NCBI GenBank assembly: GCA_964473825.1
Contig: CAYYQL010000057.1
Coordinates: 1-11,149, forward strand
DNA from: an uncultured archaeon
GTDB taxonomy: Archaea > Asgardarchaeota > Thorarchaeia > Thorarchaeales > Thorarchaeaceae
DNA: 11,149 nt
Direction: 5' to 3'
The first letter of the stretch is position 1; each line of letters opens with the position of its first letter. Below the pieces are notes generated by a model. The model worked only from the letters and a program-made list of their open reading frames with translations, had not been told where the DNA came from and ran no database searches. Below are positions 7,289 to 11,149 of this stretch, one piece after another. Both the position numbers and the translations under genes were made by a program.

Positions 7289-8007
7289 ACAATCTGTTCG
7301 ACCAAGTCAAGGACTTTCCGTGCCAGATCATCCGGATGGGGCCCATGGCAGACCACAGCCAGCAGTCGCTTCTCATCAACCTGATAGACAAGGAAGTCAG
7401 TCTTCTCGGAGTTCACAAAGATGTATTCAGTGCTGTCCGAAAAGGTCAGACCGTTGGCGAAGATTGAGCCAATCAACCCGGCAATCTCTACTTCATCATC
7501 AAAGCCCACCGAACCGAGAGGTAGTCCGTCGAGTGTGAGCAGCATAACCTGAGTGATTTCGGGGATGGCCTCAACAATATTTCCGAGAAGCGTTTCTTTG
7601 CTGAACTCGCTGTGTGAACTCATCAGCAGCTCTATCCGAGTGGCAAGCGACTGAAGCTCTGGAAGGTGCTTGCTCACATCAAAACTGAGGTCGTTACCTC
7701 TCGTCACAACGACAACCAATTGATAGTGTGGTTGAAGAATGGTCAGTATATTCTCAATTCTTGTCGAGTGAATAAGATGACTTGGGGTTGACTGGTCGAT
7801 GTGTCCAAGAGCACTGTTACCAGCCCAGGCCAGAGCTGCCGATACCGTTGCGAGGAGACGTGGGTCTATGTCTTCATGTTTCGAGACCGCAGCAACAACA
7901 ACCCCTTCGCGGGTGCACAACACAGCATTCTTCACTGCCTTGTGTACTTGCAGAGTTTCCTCCAACAAATCCGCAACCTGGGCAAGCATGTCTCCCGCCA
8001 TACTCAA
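7285..8007 (-). CDS. Tandem (two-domain) Roadblock/LC7 protein
   Basis: Domain 1: VKNAVLCTREGVVVAA...DPRLLATVSAALAWAG. Domain 2: IPEITQVMLLTLDGLPLGS...EIAGLIGSIF...IFVNSEKTDFLVYQVDEKRLLAVV. Start is TTG 8007 or ATG 8001. Confidence 0.82.
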   Translation of the reverse strand: MSMAGDMLAQVADLLEETLQVHKAVKNAVLCTREGVVVAAVSKHEDIDPRLLATVSAALAWAGNSALGHIDQSTPSHLIHSTRIENILTILQPHYQLVVVVTRGNDLSFDVSKHLPELQSLATRIELLMSSHSEFSKETLLGNIVEAIPEITQVMLLTLDGLPLGSVGFDDEVEIAGLIGSIFANGLTFSDSTEYIFVNSEKTDFLVYQVDEKRLLAVVCHGPHPDDLARKVLDLVEQIV

Positions 8008-8046
8008 ACACTTCTCTTTCTTATGTCCATCAAGAACTCATTCACA

Positions 8047-8055
8047 TATTTATAA
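8047..8055 (-). promoter_or_regulatory. TATA box for the tandem Roadblock gene
   Basis: TTATAAATA on the minus strand, about 40 nt upstream of the start. Confidence 0.55.
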
Positions 8056-8137
8056 CTCTGGTTAGGAGCCCGAAGTCGTCAGAAAGCTTCGACGGCTGGG
8101 AGCTCCTGCAGAGATGTTCTACAGTCAAGCTGAGAAC
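8056..8137 (+). repeat. Long imperfect inverted repeat plus a small second hairpin in the divergent intergenic region
   Basis: CTCTG/CAGAG, AGGAGC/GCTCCT, CC/GG, AGTCGTC/GACGGCT and GAA/TTC nested over 8056-8113; GTTCT-a-CAG-tcaag-CTG-AGAAC at 8116-8137. Confidence 0.6.
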
Positions 8138-8140
8138 GAC

Positions 8141-8150
8141 ATATTTAAAT
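8141..8150 (+). promoter_or_regulatory. TATA box for the BMP gene
   Basis: ATATTTAAAT about 45 nt upstream of ATG 8192, which has the SD GGAGG. Confidence 0.55.
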
Positions 8151-8191
8151 CAGCCACCGAGCGAAATCCCAATACTGACTCTGGAGGAATC

Positions 8192-9277
8192 ATGGTGAGC
8201 TCTAGATCGAGCATAATCACGTCATTGATAATAACAATAATCATCTTTGGCTCAGTTGGTGTTGTTCTCTACGGAACCAACCAGTATGAACCATCACGAG
8301 TGGCGGTGGTAGTCCTTGAGCCCGGATTTGGTGACAGGAGCTATGCGGACCAGCTTCAAAGAGGTTTGGAACTTCTCGCAGGTGACATCAATGTGGCGTA
8401 CGATGAAACTGTCACAACAGAAACCGAAGCCGAACTGACGCTGAAGAGTCTGGCTGCAACTGGAATCTATGAACTGATAGTCGGCCTTGGAGAACGAATA
8501 GAGGGCCCACTTGCCGCTGCGGCACAGCAGTACACCGGACAGCAATTTGCTATAATAGGTGGCCAGGTGGACCTCGACAATGTTGCATCTGCTACGTTCG
8601 CCGTAGAAGAGGGCGCATACCTCGCAGGCATCTTTGCCGCTCTGCAAGTGTCCGAGCCCCTGTATAATGGTAGAATCGGCATCTTGGCGTCGCTGGAAAC
8701 AGATAACACAGTACAGGCCATCATCAATGGGTTCATAATGGGCGTCCAAGAAGCGAATGAAACCTTTGATCTAGAGGTCACCATAAGAGACCCGGTCTTC
8801 CTTGGAGGATACAACAGAACTGAACTTGCAAAGCAGTATACTGAAACACTGTTCCTTGGCACAGAGGGGGTGTCACTGATTTTTGCACCGGTCAGGGCAG
8901 CCATCGTGGGAGTGAGACAAGGCTTACTGACTGCAAATGCTACATTCACAGGAGAACGCAGACCGATGGTCATCGCAGCTGAAGGAAACCAGGATTACTA
9001 TGGCAACCCTGATCCTGATGTTCTCTCGGCTGGAGATTGGGGAAGCATGATTCCAACAAGCGTAGTTCCGCGTACTGATCTCGCAATCTATCAGATTCTG
9101 AACGCAACACTCTGGAACGATTTCCCGGCTGGAGAAGTACTGGAATACAACGTGGCTAATGGTGGAGTAAACCTCACGAATTTCGTGTATGCAACCTATG
9201 TCCCAAGCAGTATAATTCAGGTTGTCAAGGAGTACAGAATTGATATAGCTACAGGCGAAATAACCGTCGAAGTATAG
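8192..9277 (+). CDS. BMP/PnrA-family solute-binding protein with an N-terminal membrane anchor
   Basis: N-terminal TM helix (IITSLIITIIIFGSVGVVLYG), then VAVVVLEPGFGDRSYAD, YELIVGLG, QQFAIIG, NVASATFAVEEGAYLAGIFAA, GFIMGV, GVSLIF. Start moved from 8114 to ATG 8192. Confidence 0.88.
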   Translation: MVSSRSSIITSLIITIIIFGSVGVVLYGTNQYEPSRVAVVVLEPGFGDRSYADQLQRGLELLAGDINVAYDETVTTETEAELTLKSLAATGIYELIVGLGERIEGPLAAAAQQYTGQQFAIIGGQVDLDNVASATFAVEEGAYLAGIFAALQVSEPLYNGRIGILASLETDNTVQAIINGFIMGVQEANETFDLEVTIRDPVFLGGYNRTELAKQYTETLFLGTEGVSLIFAPVRAAIVGVRQGLLTANATFTGERRPMVIAAEGNQDYYGNPDPDVLSAGDWGSMIPTSVVPRTDLAIYQILNATLWNDFPAGEVLEYNVANGGVNLTNFVYATYVPSSIIQVVKEYRIDIATGEITVEV

Positions 9278-9289
9278 AACTCCTGAGTC

Positions 9290-9326
9290 AAGAGGGGCCC
9301 AAAAGGGCCCATTCTTCCTATTTTTC
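9290..9326 (+). terminator. Hairpin followed by a pyrimidine/T tract after the BMP gene
   Basis: GGGCCC-aaaa-GGGCCC (9295-9310), extendable by AAGA/TCTT, followed by cctatttttc. Confidence 0.5.
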
Positions 9327-9341
9327 TGAGTGGTGTTCTCG

Positions 9342-9932
9342 ATGAACGGCAAGGACGACATGATGTTTCCGACTTATATTGAAAGACTCAAGCAGCTGAG
9401 TAGAACAGGTTGGCAACTCTCGGGGATACCTAAGAGCCTCGGAGAGTCGATTGCAGAGCATTCTTGGGGGACGAGTGTCTTTGCCCTCTTACTCTCGCTT
9501 GAGTTGAGAGAGAATGGCAAAGACGTCAATATTGAGAAGACTCTTGCAATGGCGATAATCCATGACTTGGCTGAGAGTCTAACATCAGATATTCCTCGAA
9601 GTGCATTACAGGAGTCCAAGACCCTTACCGATGATATCAAGAGAGAAGCCGAGCGCGAGGCAATGAAGCGCATCTCAGCTCACTTAGAGCACTCGCGAGA
9701 TGACCTGCTCGATTTACATCTTGAGATGCAGCAGATAGAAACTCTTGAGGCAAAGATTGTTCATGCTGCGGATCTCCTCGACATGATGAATCATGCACGT
9801 TGGCTGAATAGCATCGGGATTGAACTTAAAATCGTCGAGCCCTTCATATCTTCGGCTCTCGCAAGGATTAAAGAAATCAACATCCCTAGCGCCACTCGTC
9901 TGGCGCAAAGAATCGCAAGGAATCCGGACTGA
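9342..9932 (+). CDS. HD-domain phosphohydrolase, YfbR/HDDC2-like 5'-deoxynucleotidase
   Basis: LKQLSRTGW, ESIAEHSW, AIIHDLAESLTSDIP, TLEAKIVHAADLLDM. Start is ATG 9342 (GTGGTG upstream), GTG 9330, or ATG 9360. Confidence 0.88.
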   Translation: MNGKDDMMFPTYIERLKQLSRTGWQLSGIPKSLGESIAEHSWGTSVFALLLSLELRENGKDVNIEKTLAMAIIHDLAESLTSDIPRSALQESKTLTDDIKREAEREAMKRISAHLEHSRDDLLDLHLEMQQIETLEAKIVHAADLLDMMNHARWLNSIGIELKIVEPFISSALARIKEINIPSATRLAQRIARNPD

Positions 9933-9948
9933 ATTAGTCCAGTTTTCT

Positions 9949-10566
9949 CTATTCTCTTGAAGAATCACGTCGCAATGAGGCGGCAACCACTCCAGCAACA
10001 CGAACAGGCTCGGACGTCTTTCCTTGATGACTGAAGATGTTCAAGAGGGCTTTCGCGTCTTGAATGCTGATTCCACTTGTGTTGACAAACACCCGAAAAC
10101 CGTTGTCTAACACGATTTCAGAGCGCTCTCCATTTCGTACCAGTATTTCGTACCTTCTCTCCCAGTCAGAAGGGAAATACTCCTCAAGATATTGCTTGAT
10201 CCCTTGAGACTCCTCATAGGATACACTCACCACTGGCACGCCTGTTTCATCGTGAAGCTGCTGCAGGTCCACGATATTGAACCACGAGATCACTGTTCCA
10301 CCAATAATCATAGCCCTGATGTCACCTCTCGACAGACGAGAGTACATAGAGAGAATTTCGGCAGTTGCATCCGTCCCACCAACCCGAGGCCAGCAGAAAC
10401 CAGCGCCGTCAATCTTCAAATCCCCTCTCATCACAACGCCAGCCACTACACTCCTTTCGTCACTCTTGTGAAAGCTCTCTGCTATCCCTAAAGCTCTGGC
10501 ACCAGATTTCCATTCAATAGCTTTTCGATCGGAGGATTCGAAGGTGAGATCAACCTGCCTATTCAT
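9949..10566 (-). CDS. DUF99/UPF0215 (COG1628) endonuclease V homolog
   Basis: ALGIAESF, VVAGVVMRGDLKIDG, VGGTDAT, GGTVISWFNIVDL, GVPVVSVSYEESQG, EPVRVA. Confidence 0.88.
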   Translation of the reverse strand: MNRQVDLTFESSDRKAIEWKSGARALGIAESFHKSDERSVVAGVVMRGDLKIDGAGFCWPRVGGTDATAEILSMYSRLSRGDIRAMIIGGTVISWFNIVDLQQLHDETGVPVVSVSYEESQGIKQYLEEYFPSDWERRYEILVRNGERSEIVLDNGFRVFVNTSGISIQDAKALLNIFSHQGKTSEPVRVAGVVAASLRRDSSRE

Positions 10567-10607
10567 GGTCTTACCCCAATCTAATCAAAGTCAGTAACAC
10601 ATTAGTC

Positions 10608-10654
10608 TTGTTTGAAACAACACGTGTCAATCATGACCAGTATAACTTTATTAA
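10608..10654 (+). promoter_or_regulatory. Palindromic operator candidate and TATA box of the Roadblock gene
   Basis: TTGTTT-g-AAACAA (10608-10620) and TTTATTAA (10647-10654). Confidence 0.45.
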
Positions 10655-10709
10655 TGCGCATCTTCCAAACAAGAAACACAACCTAAAAACACCAAAGGGA
10701 GTGGTCGCT

Positions 10710-11093
10710 GTGTTCGACGCCAGTTTTGAACAGCTTCAAGTGAATCTCAGGGAGATTATGGAAGAAGCGACAGCATTGGCTACAGGCGTCCGAGCATGGA
10801 TGCTCCTCTCCAAGGAGGGACTTCCTATTGCATCAGCTGTTCCTCAAGGGCTGGAAGAGGCAGAGATAGCGGCCATGGCAGCATCAATACTTGGAGTGGC
10901 AGACCTCGCCGCCGAGAGAATGGATCAAGGCATGCTCGAAGAGATCCTTATGACCAACGAGCATGGTCTGATGATACTAAAGAGTGCAGGGGAAAAGGCG
11001 ATCCTAGTTCTCGCTGCTCGCAAGGACATGAAGACAGGACTCCTTGTGTATGCTGCGAAGACAGCATGCGAGAAGATTGGACCGATGCTCTAG
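10710..11093 (+). CDS. Roadblock/LC7 (MglB/LAMTOR2-like) domain protein
   Basis: GVRAWMLLSKEGLPIASAVPQGLEEAEIAAMAASILGVADLAAERMDQGMLEEILMTNEHGLMILKSAGEKAILVLAARKDMKTGLL is a canonical Roadblock. Start moved to GTG 10710 (GGGAGTGG upstream); GTG 10701 is an alternative. Confidence 0.93.
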   Translation: MFDASFEQLQVNLREIMEEATALATGVRAWMLLSKEGLPIASAVPQGLEEAEIAAMAASILGVADLAAERMDQGMLEEILMTNEHGLMILKSAGEKAILVLAARKDMKTGLLVYAAKTACEKIGPML

Positions 11094-11149
11094 TTCTAGA
11101 TAAACTGTTTCTGACAGATTGAGTGACCTCATCCGTCTGAGACTTCTGT

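Noticed and set aside
3150-8070. AGGAGCC recurring in three intergenic regions (3150, 6560, 8064)
   Set aside because: It is a short SD-like 7-mer with inconsistent position relative to promoters, compatible with chance.
187-11122. Many shadow ORFs in the track (e.g. 187-426, 962-1405, 2017-2376, 3441-3857, 8294-8749, 8467-8973, 10796-11122)
   Set aside because: They are antisense or alternate-frame overlaps of well-supported genes and have no recognisable motifs.
11119-11149. Possible start of a next gene (TTG; MSDLIRLRLL), for example a GTPase partner of the Roadblock protein
   Set aside because: Only 10 codons are visible and there is no clear SD, so it cannot be supported without flanking sequence.

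Overview
Gene-dense archaeal window with 12 complete CDSs and one partial CDS. An Asgard origin (Thorarchaeia-like) is inferred from two Roadblock/LC7 genes, archaeal-type families (COG1340 coiled-coil, DUF99, stand-alone Lrp/AsnC domain, double wHTH), TATA-type promoters and frequent TTG/GTG starts; it was not tested by search. Gene order: partial ABC ATPase (-), stand-alone Lrp/AsnC (RAM) domain (-), DMT/EamA-like membrane protein fused to a C-terminal RAM domain (-), COG1340-like coiled-coil (-), RimK/MptN-like ATP-grasp ligase (-), hypothetical (+), glmS (-), double-wHTH regulator (+), tandem Roadblock protein (-), orphan BMP-family solute-binding protein (+), HD 5'-deoxynucleotidase (+), DUF99 endonuclease V homolog (-), single Roadblock/MglB-like protein (+). 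The best candidate for an undescribed system is the DMT-RAM fusion with its adjacent, oppositely charged free RAM domain, a possible ligand-regulated transporter or membrane sensor. It may be co-transcribed behind a three-way-junction RNA leader at 3017-3082 (-). No rRNA, tRNA, CRISPR array or transposase was seen. All family calls are from motif recognition by eye.
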